NCBI RefSeq assembly: GCF_001447785.1
Contig: NW_015165236.1
Location: 1,837,294-1,901,293 of the forward strand
Reading direction: 5' to 3'
Length of the DNA stretch: 64,000 nt
DNA from: Gekko japonicus
Lineage: Eukaryota
This document shows, piece by piece, positions 1 to 17,321 of the stretch (position 1 is its first letter; every line of letters begins with the position of its first letter). Made by a program: the position numbers and the translations under genes. Below the pieces are notes generated by a model. The model did not search any database and was not told where the DNA came from. It saw nothing but the letters and a program-made list of their open reading frames with translations.

Positions 1-2649
1 AACCGTGGTGTGCGCCCCCCCCCCCAATTCCTGGCTGGATTTGAGGGAATTGATAGTTTATCACGCAAGTGTCGTGTGAGTCTGCAGAGCCCCAGGTTGA
101 CCTTGTGGCCAAGACTCTGGATCCCTGCTGCTTCAGGGGGGTCGTTGCCGACAATGGTGTTACGTCTCTCCCTTCACAGTCCCCCTGCCCCAAGCCGGCA
201 CTGGCAGCTTTGACCACCAGCAGCAGCAGCTGCTACCAGGCAGGTCTCTGGGTTGGCCTTCCTATTCTGAAGGCAGCCCTTGAGCCAGGTGGCCGTGCAA
301 AGGGCGTGTTTGACCGCTGATCCACCGCCTCTCCCCAGAGCAGAATTCTGTATCGCTGGCTTTAAAAGTATCTTGTGAGCTCACACAGGAGGGGCTCAAA
401 GATTCACATTCAGAATTACTTACAAATATGCGAGGAAAACGACAACAAAAGAGCTGCAGAGCCATTCAGTCTGGAGCCTGAGAGGACCCATGAAGCCACC
501 CTCGGTCCCTTGAGCACTACTCTGCATCGCTTCAGTGGCTGTCTGTGGGCCTCCAGCCTTCCCCCTCCCCTGCTGCTCCCCGAGGGCCTGCCTGAGCCAC
601 AGCCCCCCCCCCCGTGCCTGGACACCTGGTACCGACAGCCCTCTGCAGGGCTCTGCTTGGCACTGGAGCCGTCCCGGCCTGTGGAGCATCTCCTCTGTAC
701 GTCCCGTTTCTGTCTGATGACCTTTCAGTTCTGTTTAGTGTTTCATGCCTGTGCCAAATGGGAGTTCCCTCTGCAAAGCCAGATGCCATCATCATCATCT
801 TCTGCCTCCCACTCTGGTTTTCTGCCTTCTCATTTGCAGCTGCTCAGGTGTAAAAGCCACCTGTAGGGAATCCTAGTTTCTGAAAGTTTCCAGGTTGTAT
901 AATGCCACATATCCAATAAATATTTTCAAAACTGAAGTCACTTCGAGTTTCTCATCTCTCCGGCAATGCTGCTGCCGTTCGCAGCCCATACACGGAGGGG
1001 AGGGGGGGTAAGGGGGACCACGTGCAGAACTTTGGACCCTCCTGGAAGGAAGATGTCTGGAGCCCTCCGCCTTTTCTTTGGACCAAGTCTGGAAGCCAAA
1101 GCGGTTCTGAGGTCTCATCTCCTGCGGAGCAGAGGTTTCCTTGCTCCAGTTTAACATTTAGCGAGAACCTAACTGAAGGGACAAGACTTCCAAATCAAAG
1201 TTACCAACGGGTCTCTCTCATACCCTGTAGGGGACTACCTGGGGACCAGCAAAGACTTGTTAATTTATTCCCTCCGCCTTGGAGACATTTACTGAGGATG
1301 TCCTGAAAAAAGCAGTGATTTTGTATTTCTCAGTTAACTTTGTGAACAGAGCTCAGTCCCCTTTCCTCTGGAGGAAACTCAACCATCAATGCTGTCTCAT
1401 TTTCAGAGAGGAAATTTGCTTTAAAAAGCAGAACAGACTGCTTGGGCCAAGAAACCTATAGGCACCGCTGCATTATTTAGCTCAATCATATGGGCCCGTA
1501 TGAGGGAATTGGAATGATCCCCCCCCCCGGTTTATTTTGTCTGTTCCTCAGTGGAAAGCAGAGGAAGTATCTTTAAAGCATATGGGCACCTCTGCTCTTT
1601 GACCAGTGCACCCTTTAAGCTATAAATCCTGACATCGGTTTACACCACATTTAAACTTTATTTTACTTCTCTAGAGGTACTTTCCTTTTCCTCCGTGTGA
1701 AGCAGCCGGCATCTTTCCTTGAGGCCAAGTAATGGCCAATGTTTCTCAAGCACTTTCTTCCCAAGGTACCTGCCTCTAGCATCTGAGCGCCGCCCCCCCT
1801 CCCCCGGGGGTGTCTGTGCATGTCCGTATAACCGACTGCCGGGCAGTGCCTTTTCTCCTCAGCCAAAGCATCCCAAGGCCCATCCTAGCCGGAGCTTTTT
1901 ATTCCCCAGGAAAACCTGGAAGAGGCTTGCATTCTTGTGCCTGGACGGCTGCTGCAGGTGTTGGGAGCAGGTGAGTTCAGCCCGTGCCTGTCTGCCTCGT
2001 CCTAAAGGGACGCTTGGGAGGAAGCGACTGCAGTGACAACTTGGGTGTTGAGGCCTTGGGTGGCTGTTAGAATTGGCACCTGTCAAGGAAGACGTTTGCT
2101 TTGCGTTTTCTAGTTTTATGGGTTTTGCCGTAGTCTTCAGTGGGTCTCCGTTCCCAGAAGCTTGGGAATTGCTGTTCTAGACCCCAGGGTGCCAGAAGTA
2201 GAGAGGAGCACCAGCCACAGCAGCAGAGAAACGCAAGGTCTGGCCACTGGATGCCAGGCCAGCCCTTGTGACCCTTCCTCTTCCCGGCAGATCAGAGACA
2301 GGTCCTCCTGCTGGCCTGTTAACACCCAAGCAACGTCAAGGCAGGGCGTTCTTTTAGGGTCTTCACTCACAAGTCCACCTTCTGCATTACGGAGAGTAGG
2401 GCAGGGGTCGTTTTGATGGTGGTATTTTCACTTCTTGTAAGAAACGTCGGCTTCTGTCCTCCATTTCTCAGTTCTTTTCATTGGAGGGATCATTCTGTGA
2501 GTGATGTTGACCCAAGTGGATGGCTGTTTTGTTTCTGGGTAGTCTTCCTCGGTCAGAACTCAAAAGCTCATGAAAGTCAAGTAGGGGAAAGCCCACAACA
2601 TAAAGGAGGACCCCAAAGAACATTTCCGGCTGGGGGAGGGAATAAAGGG

Positions 2650-2800
2650 GAGGGGCTGTGGCTCAGTGGTAGAGCCTCTGCTGGGTGTGCCAAAGGTCCC
2701 AGGCTCAGTTCCGCCCCCATCTCCAGTTAAAGGGACCAGGCGGGAGGTGGTTGGAAGGAACTGGGAGTGACCCTGGAGGACTGGCTGCCAGTGTGGGTAG
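2650..2800 (+). mobile_element. tRNA-derived SINE, family B
   Basis: ggggctgtggctcagtggtagagc head; same family as 8680-8810 and the 29 kb array. Confidence 0.75.
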
Positions 2801-4109
2801 GTGAGGGGTCCCCAGCCTTTTGGAGCCTCTGGGCGCTTTAGGAGTCCTGACTGTGCGGTGGCCACAGTCGCAGAACGGCTGCTACAAAACGGCTCCTGCG
2901 GCTTCGGGGAGATCCTAGGGCTGCGGTGGCCAAAGCCAAGGAATCTGCGCAGTCACTCAAGTCTCCAGCGGTCAATTAGAAGCCTTGCTTGGTGAAGCCC
3001 CACCCACTTTCCAAAACGCTCAGTGGCAGCAGGGAAGGTGTCGGGGAGGGCCGTGGTGCCCCGGGCCCTGTGTTGGGGACGCCTGCCAGAGACAATCCCG
3101 ATCTCGATGGGCCCAAAGGCGTGTGCGTGAGTGCCAGGCAGCTCCCTGCCTGTGGGAGGCAGTTCTGAAAGAGAGCAGGCGGGGGACTGAGTAGGCCAAG
3201 CCGCTACAAGTCAAGGAAGGCGCATCCACACCGGCAGCCCAATCCGAAGGCCCCGATCCTGGCACACTGCTGGCTCTCCCAGTGGAGCCAAGTGGCGGCA
3301 TCCGTGGAGGAGAGGGGGTGGGCACCCACCAGTGGGCTTCCCTGCTGGAGTCTGGTAAGGTTACGCTGCCATGAATAAGATCTTTAGGGTTTGGCTGCAG
3401 CCCCGTCGCTGCTCCCGGCTGAGCGTGTGATCTGCTGCAATGCCTGCCTCTTGACTGTTTTGACTGTTTTCATTGTTCTGGTATTTACTTCTTCAACTGT
3501 TTTAACGATTATAATTTATTCTTGTGACTGTCCGGTCCCCCACAGCTATTAATCCAATACACGTTTAGGCAAAGTAGTATTTTATTAAAGCTATGATAGA
3601 GCAGGAACAAGTTCATTGTCCAGAATGCCTGGGCCAGGGTGGGCAAGGAATAATGTAAGACATTCAAACAGGGTAATAACCAATAATCTCCATTCCTGCC
3701 GAGCGGGCAGACTCCAGGTTACGCGCTCAAAAGCCTGAGAAGCAACGTTCCTTAAAACCTAAACAATTACAGCTTCACACGGTGCAGTTCATTATACATT
3801 TGGCAAAGCAGCTCCCCCACACACCTGTTAACCTTGCAGATAAGCGTTGCCTAGCGTTTACAGACAGGAATGCATGAGACAAGATCATACACAGGGAAGA
3901 TAGGGCATGCGCAGATGCCAGGGGAGGGGGGGGGGAAACCAACTGCCTCCCAGTCTTCTATGGCAGCTAGCTGACAGGGACCCACCCTGAGCCCACTTGT
4001 GGGAAGAGGAGGATATAAACTGAAAGAACTAAATTGAAAGAAATAAAAGTAAGCAGAAGCGCAGCCATGGTAGCAGAGTCTGTCTGTCGCAAGCCTGCCG
4101 CAGAAATGT

Positions 4110-4330
4110 CAATCAAAATGTAAACACAGTGAGATGCAGGAGAGATAAATGCAAAGTTCTGCCTTTGGGCCAAAAGACTTGAATGCACAGGGGTGTGGAA
4201 AGGATGTTGGGAATACCTGGCTGGGCAGGAGCACACCCGAAAAGGATCTCGGGGTGGCAGTCAGTCACCTGAGCCAGCAGTGTGATGCGGCTGCAAGAAC
4301 AGTGAATATGATTGAGGGCTGCATCCCAGT
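4110..4330 (+). mobile_element. CR1 LINE ORF2 fragment
   Basis: Translates to EKDLGV..SQQCDAAA..N.I.GCI. Confidence 0.75.
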
Positions 4331-4495
4331 GCTCTGGAGTGTGGCATCCAGCTCTGGGGCACCGAGCGCTTCAAGACAGGCCCGTAGCCAGGATTCCTTA
4401 AATTGGGGGGGGGGGTTTGTAAAAAGTCAGGGGGCTATCTGGCAGCACACCTTAAAGACAAACAAAATTTTCCCACCCATTTGCAACCCCTAAAC

Positions 4496-4800
4496 CAGTG
4501 GTGGCGAACCTATGGGACAGGTGCCAGAGGTGGCACTCAGAGCCCTCTCTGTGGGCACACATGCCATCGCCCCAGCCATGCCCAGACCCTCATTAAAGTG
4601 TCGAATTCTCTGCCAAATAATGTTAAGTAAACGATTGCTTTCCTTACTTTGTTTGGATCATCCTAAGTCAATGTGTGAGTTCTTTTTTCTAAAGTAAAAC
4701 CAGGTCAGTATTCAGGTTGCCGTGTGGGCCCTTTGCGATCAATAAGTGGGTCTTGGGTCGCAGTTTGGGCACTCGGTCTCTAAAAGGCTCGCCACCACTG
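4496..4800. mobile_element. Non-autonomous hAT DNA transposon
   Basis: TIRs cagtggtggcgaacct / aggctcgccaccactg; degenerate 8-bp TSD ccctaaac/ccctaggc. Confidence 0.8.
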
Positions 4801-5095
4801 CCCTAGGCCAACCACCTGGCTGCACCAGGGTCCCCAGGGCGCACACCTCCTCCTCTGCCAGCGCTCAGCACTCCAAAGAGGTGCCCCCCCCCCCGGCCTG
4901 GCTCTCATGCTGCCGGAAGTTCCTGCACCGCACTGGGCATGGCGGGGGGGGGGCGGCTGTCCCACTCCGGCGGGCCGGANNNNNNNNNNNNNNNNNNNNN
5001 NNNNNNNNNNNNNNNNNNNNNNNNNNNNNNNNNNNNNNNNNNNNNNNNNNNNNNNNNNNNNNNNNNNNNNNNNNNNNNNNNNNNNNNNNNNNNNN

Positions 5096-11327
<6,232 letters not shown>

Positions 11328-12314
11328 GTAAGTGAACCCCCTCCCCTCTCTCTGGGTCTCTCTTGCATGAGGGCACCGCTTGCATGAGGGGGCGTGGGGG
11401 GGGGGTGCACGGCTGCTGGGCCACTGAGGAAGAAGGCTGGGTCTCTCCTCCTCCTCCTCGGACGTGTCCGTGTCCCCAGCCTCCGTGAGCTGGACTCTGG
11501 CTCACCCTGACAGTGGAGTTGCAGGAACCTGTGTGTGAATTTCACATCTGTGCCTTCTGCTAACGGCCCGGTGGGGAGTTCCGGTGAGGTCCAGAGCCAG
11601 GCTCCCTCTCAGCCACGGAGTCTTCTCGTGAGCAAAAGTCCTACTTGGTGAGCTCCGGGCATTAAAGCTGTGAGCCGTGAGCCATTTGGCCGCTGCATCA
11701 GTTAGCCTGCTCTGGAGCCACATCCTTCCGGGGCTAAGACAAAAACGTGTCAGCCGGAGGCTAAAGAGCAGTGAGCGAGCTCACACTGACTCAGCTGGGA
11801 GGGAACATTGGCCCAGAGCTCCTCGCCGGATGGTTTGGCTCTGTGAAAGGTGCCTTGATGGGGGGGTGGGATTTGTTTCCCGCTGAAGGACCCTGCAGGG
11901 GACTTCTCACCTGGCAAGCTCAGGCACCGCGGGACTCTCTCCAAGACCAGGGCGGGGGAGTGGGGGGAGGGACGGGGACTGCCTGCTTCTGGCTGTGGCT
12001 GCCCCTCTTTCCCACGGCCCTGCGCTGGGCGAGGGGGCTGTGTCAGTGCTCTTCTCCGTGAGGAATGGCGGAGGGGGCTGCGGGGTCTTTCCTTGGGGGG
12101 CCCCAGGGCAAGGGGAAGAAGGTGTGGCTGAGCTGGAGGGGGGGGAGGTGGAGGCAACCCCCCGGCCATCTGGAAGAGAGAGGCTGGGTGCTGGGAGGAG
12201 GGGGCTGCAGGCTTAGGGGTCTTGCCTGTGCAGAGACCTCTTTAGAGGAAGTCCCCCATTCAGGGGAGAGTTTGTGCGCATCCAACCAGTTGGGGGTGTG
12301 TGTGTATGACCCTG

Positions 12315-12604
12315 CTGTTTGGTGTCGCGGTTAAGTGCGCAGACTCTAATCTGGGGGAACCGGGTTAGATTCCCCACTCCTCCACGTGCACCTGGCTGGA
12401 TGACCTTGGGCAAGCCGTAGTTCTGGCAAGAGCTGTCCTTGAAAAAAGAGCCGTTTCTCCCAGAGCTCTCTCAGCCCCACCCACCTCACAGGGTGTCTGT
12501 TGTGGGGAGGGGAAGGGAAAGGAGTTTGTAAGCTGCTCTGAGACACCTTCGGGTAGTGAAGTGCCATGGGGCATAAATCCAACCTCTCCTTCTTCTTCTT
12601 CTTC
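12315..12604 (+). mobile_element. tRNA-derived SINE, family A (Squam3-like squamate SINE)
   Basis: A-box (tggtgtcgcgg) and B-box (ggttagattcc) head with a (ttc)n tail; 9 copies in the window. Confidence 0.85.
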
Positions 12605-13972
12605 CGCTGCCCCACGCTTGCATTTGGACCACTCAGCCATTCAGAGCCCCATAGCATTAGCCACTGTGGGAAACGGGGGTGAGGAGGAGCCCACTTTTCA
12701 GGGTGTGGGGCTCCCCTTCTGTGTCGCTGGCGTCTGGGGGAGGTGGGTGGGGGGCTCCCCTTCTGCCTGGCCGGAGGCTGTTGAGACATGAGAATGGGGG
12801 GGGGCTGGCAGGGGAGGGGCGAGGGAGAGAGACCGGCCTGAGGCTCCGACCCTTTGCCCGTATCCCCCACTGCGTGGACTCCAAGGAAGGGACCCCAGGG
12901 GTTGTGTGGCTGGGGACTCCCCCCCCCCCAGCTCGGCAGGGAGGGAGCTTTTGCAGGATTGGCTTGTGGCGAGTGGGAGGCTCCTGGTGGGGCCGAGGAG
13001 GAGTCTGGGGGGCTTGGAGGCGCCCCCTCCCCCCTGTGGGCTGCATAAGGCGGCTGCATGGCTTGACGCCGGGTGGGTGAGGGGAGTGTTGCATGGTACC
13101 GAGGCGGCGGCTGAACAAGTGGCCGTGATGATGGGGGCAAAAGGAGAGGCTGCAGCTCAGTCTCGGAGGAGTGCCCGATTCAAATCCTCCCCTCCCTCGT
13201 GGAGAGACCTGTTCTTTCCCCCAAGGTCCTGGTGAGCCATGGCTACTGGGTAGCCTCTGCCTCCGGCAGCCAGGGCAGAGGCCCCGCCTCCCTTGCGGGG
13301 TGGTGGTGGTGATTGGGAATCCTTCCTTCCTGCGAGGCCTGAAGAGCCGTGCTGTCTGGCAGGGGACCCAAGACGGAGTGAGAGGCCGTAGATGGTCGGG
13401 AATGCAAGGATGGCCCGGGGCCACCTAGTCTGGCATCTCCCCCCCCAGCAGTGGCTTCTGGGAAGCCCACAAAGAAAGGGGGCACAGAGGCAGCAGCCCC
13501 CCCCCCGCCACGGGCTTGCCCCTTGGCACGAGGTCTTCAGAGGTAGACTGCCTCTAAACACAGAGGCTCTTGGGGGCAAACAGCCACTGCAAGGTCCTTT
13601 CCCTCTTTCGGGCCGTCTGAACCTGTCTGATTCCAGAAACCGAACTGCACTGTGTGAAATCTTGACTCTCCTGTCCGTCAGTTCTATGGGGTGGCTCCCC
13701 TCCCACACACACACGAGCTGTCAGACGGGGGACCGCCCCTCGCCGCACACTTCCTCTTTCCACGCATCCTTGTCAGGACCACCACCGGGGTCACGGTGGA
13801 AGTTCTGTTGCGTTTCGGGTCCAGGCGCTAAGGCGGCCAAAGGGTTTGCGGAGGCACCCGTCATGGTGTATCAGCCCCAGCTGGGGCTGGCTCTTGGAGC
13901 ACGGATGCCGGCTCGTGCTCCCCCGCGCAGCCCGAGGAGAGGGTCTGCTTGAGCAGTGTTAAGGGGCTCTTG

Positions 13973-14248
13973 GGTTTGGCGTGGTGGTGAAGTGCAGGCG
14001 CACTCTAATCTTGGAGAACGGGGCTTGATTCCCCACTCCTCCACGTGCAGCTGCTGGATGACCTTGGGCAAGGCATAGTTCTGATAAGAGCTGTCCTTGA
14101 AAAAAGAGCCGATTCTGTCAGAGCTCTCTCAGCCCCTCCTACCTCACAGGGGGTGTCTGTCTGTTGTGGGGAGGGGAAGGAGTTTGTCAGCCGCTCTGAG
14201 ACTCTGAGTGAAGGGCCAGGGGTATAAATCCAATCTCCTCTTCTTCTT
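13973..14248 (+). mobile_element. SINE family A
   Basis: Same consensus as the 12315 copy. Confidence 0.85.
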
Positions 14249-14702
14249 GGATCTGCCTCTGGTCCTGGCTCTCTGAGGAGCAGGAGGCCGTTGGCCGCTC
14301 CTTTTCCCTCTGCCCACCAAGTCCTGGCAGCCTCTGGCAGAGCAGCAGAGGTGGTCCAAGAGCAGGGCCCCAGGCGACAGGCCCGGGGGTGGATGGGTGT
14401 GGCAGCTGAGCCCTTGTGAGCCAGGCAGCCGAAGAAGAGGGATTCGTCCGCTGGGCCGGCCAGTCCTGCCCTCTGCGGAGCTCCCTGGGACAAGCCTGCC
14501 TCCAGGAGGACTGTTGGCAGCACACTCCGTTCTGGGAGGCAGCCGGGCCAGGCCAGCATTTTCCTTCCCTACTGAGATCTTCTCCTGCACTGAGGAAGAG
14601 ACGCTGCAGTCGGGGGGTTGGGGGGGGGGGTGTACCTGAGAGCATCTCCGGAGGACTTCTTTTCTGTGCTGTGCCAAGCGTGCTCGCTGGGGAGACTCGG
14701 GG

Positions 14703-15979
14703 ATGGATGTGGATGGACAGTCCTGGGCAGAAGGTGCCCGTGAGCCGCTGAAGGTGGAAGCCGGGACCTCTCCCCTCTCGCTGGGCCTCTGCCAGAGGTG
14801 GTGGTGGGGAGCGAGCTGCGGGGCAGAGGCTGAGGGGAGACCTCTCTCTCTCTCTCTTGCAGGGCTGCACAACACCCAGCTGTGAAGCCCCCCCAAACAG
14901 GAGGCGGTCCGGATGGCCAGGAGAGGCTCTCCTCGTCCTTGTCCCCGTCCCGGTCTTCCAGCAGCTCAGCAAAGTCCTCTTTGTTTCCATCGGAGCCCCC
15001 CAGCTGGCTTTCCTCCCTGGGAGCCGGCCACATCGTCGCAGCAGCAGCTTCTCCGGGGGCCGCAGAGTCCCTGAACCCGAGCGCACAGCGGGGGGTGCCC
15101 AGGGTGGTGGCAGCAGCAAGGCCGGGCCTCCCGGCCGCTCAGGCCACCCGTCTGACTCCCGGTCCCAGGGCAGCCCCTCTGGGGGAGAAGGCCAGGCGGG
15201 CCGGCGGCACACCCTGCTTGGCTAGCCGAGAGCACCGGCCTGCCCCCGAAGGCAAGCGGCTGAGGATGGGGAGAGCGGGGGTCCCGCCGAGAGGCCCCGA
15301 GGGGCTGCACCCGCCAGATGGAGGCACAGGGTTTGCCAACAAGGCGTCCGGCCTGGCACGGGAAGAGGACGTCCGCCACAAGAGGTGAGGAGGTGCCTGT
15401 CGGGCGAAGCCTCCGGCCTGGCCAGGGGGGCTGTCTGGCCAAACCCCTATTCTCCCCTCCCTGGCCGGCGCTCCCCCCCCCCTCACCCTCTTCCCTCCCC
15501 TCCCCTGCAGGAGCGTCTTCATCACCCGGCGGGAGTTCCTGACGGTGGAGCGAGGGCTGGAGCAGGTGCAGGCGGAGCTGAAGTGCCTGCGCTGGCAGGT
15601 GGGGCAGATGGGCGAGGAGGGTGCCCAACCGCCGGCAGAGGAGGAGGAGCCCCGGCGCTACAACGGCTACACCTGGACGGAGCTGGAGGCCCTGGTGCAC
15701 TGCGAGAGGGACCCCGACCGAGCTGCCCGCACCATCCTCGCCGCCCTCTTCAGCGATGTCTGCCTGCGGCTGCCACCTCTCACCGAACCGGCCTGTGAGG
15801 CCCAGGCCCTCCGCAGGCCTATCGACCCGGAGCTGTACGGGGTCTACTGCGGCATCCTGCAGAGCATCTTCCCCGGCCTGCGGGGGGAGAAAGAGGGGGC
15901 CGGGGCCGCCCAGACTTCCCAAGAACTGCTCTGCTGCGGGGCAGACCCCGGCCAACAGCAGGAGGGCTCTTTGGCATGA
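14703..15979 (+). CDS. Uncharacterised 3-exon gene, ~361 aa, coiled-coil plus BEN-like domain protein (putative nuclear regulator)
   Basis: Exons 14703-14797 (ggggATGG Kozak, donor AG|gtggtg), 14863-15384 (ctctcttgcag / AG|gtgagg) and 15511-15979 (cccctgcag, TGA). All junctions are phase 2 and the joined 1086 nt is open. The C-terminal part has AARTILAALFS..RRPIDPELY..ILQSIFP, typical of BEN helices. Confidence 0.7.
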
Positions 15980-16126
15980 CTGGAGGAGCGAGGCGAGGCC
16001 CAGCGGGGGGGGGGGGGGAGAGATGCTCCCTGCTCTTCCGGAGCCGGCCCGGAAGAGGCGCTTCGGCTGCCGTGATTCCAACCCCCGCGCCTGGCTCCGA
16101 AGCCCTCGCTTTTTACGAAAGGAAAC

Positions 16127-16132
16127 AATAAA
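16127..16132 (+). terminator. Polyadenylation signal of the BEN-like gene
   Basis: AATAAA ~150 nt after the stop codon, followed by GT/T-rich ggtggtgcttttgtgcgt. Confidence 0.6.
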
Positions 16133-17163
16133 GGTGGTGCTTTTGTGCGTACCCTGGCTTCCTGTGCCCCTCCCTCTGGGAAAAGGTGCGCTTTTTGGCA
16201 TTTGCGTCGAGGAGGAGTTCTTGGGTTGTTCTGTCCCCCCCCCCCCCGGGGAGGGGGGACTGGGTTTTTCCAACGACCNNNNNNNNNNNNNNNNNNNNNN
16301 NNNNNNNNNNNNNNNNNNNNNNNNNNNNNNNNNNNNNNNNNNNNNNNNNNNNNNNNNNNNNNNNNNNNNNNNNNNNNNNNNNNNNNNNNNNNNNNTGGGA
16401 GTTCTTGGGTTGTTCTGTCCCCCCCCCCCCCGGGAGTCGTGGCACTGGCTTCTCCGAACGTCTGGCCTTGGAAGTGCCTTGACTGTGTGAATGAACTCCC
16501 CGCGGAGAGGGGCCCTGCCTGGCTGCTGCTTGGAGGGAGGCGGTCCCCCGGGGGGGGGGCACTCTCTCACACCCCAGAGGTCTGCTTGGCCACCAGGGGA
16601 GCATCCCGAATGCCCCCCCCCCCCCAGATGCTTTGTAGTCCCCAGCTGGGGTCCTGCCACCGCATGACTGAACCCAGCNNNNNNNNNNNNNNNNNNNNNN
16701 NNNNNNNNNNNNNNNNNNNNNNNNNNNNNNNNNNNNNNNNNNNNNNNNNNNNNNNNNNNNNNNNNNNNNNNNNNNNNNNNNNNNNNNNNNNNNAGGGAGG
16801 GAGGGGGGCTTCTGGGAGGCGGGGGGGGCAGCCGCCTTGCCTCCAGGCAGGGGAAGAGAGAGAGAGATGCTGTGCCAGGTGCGGTGAGGAGAACCGTCTC
16901 CACCAGCCCCCCAGGCGCTGGCTCCAGAGGAGGAGGCCGGGCGGTGGGCAGCAGGGCGGTCTCTTGCGGCGCTGTGACTGCTGCTTCCAGACCAGCCTAG
17001 GAGCCTGGGAAGACGGTCGGGGGGCCTGGAACCTGGGGGCCTTGCGTGCCCCCCCCCACTAGCTGAAGCAGACAGAGGAGCGGGGGAGGCGCCAGATGTG
17101 TCTTTGTAGCCCTCCCCCCCCAGGACTCCCAGAAGCAGCCAGTGTCCCTTTCAGAGAATAGAT

Positions 17164-17321
17164 TTAATAGATCTGCCGCTGATTAGAAAAATGCTTCTGC
17201 CGGCAGCTGCCGGCCGGGTCCTGGGCTTGCAGGCCAGCTGGGAGGGGCTCCGTCTGCCTCCGGTCACCGCCACGTCCTTTGCAGCGCTTCCTGTCTTGCA
17301 TGCGGGTTTTGGGACGAGGGG
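17164..17321 (-). CDS. KATNIP: KATNIP last coding exon (xRPKT..), acceptor corrupted; stop at 17164 or 17264
   Basis: RPKT matches the C-terminal ALRPKTC. The expected AG is missing next to a long G-run. ATTAAA lies on the - strand at 17163-17168. Confidence 0.6.

Noticed and set aside
330-925. ORF 375-866 and AATAAA at ~915 as the 3' end of an upstream gene (XPO6 expected by synteny)
   Set aside because: No recognisable protein similarity; cannot be supported from the sequence alone.
16210-16435. Duplicated ggagttcttgggttgttctgtccccc on both sides of a gap
   Set aside because: Probably a contig overlap or collapsed-repeat artefact.
14966-16903. 645-aa minus-strand ORF and other long ORFs crossing N-runs (e.g. 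44800-45777, 4865-5878)
   Set aside because: Open only because of N-gaps and high GC; they are antisense shadows of real exons.
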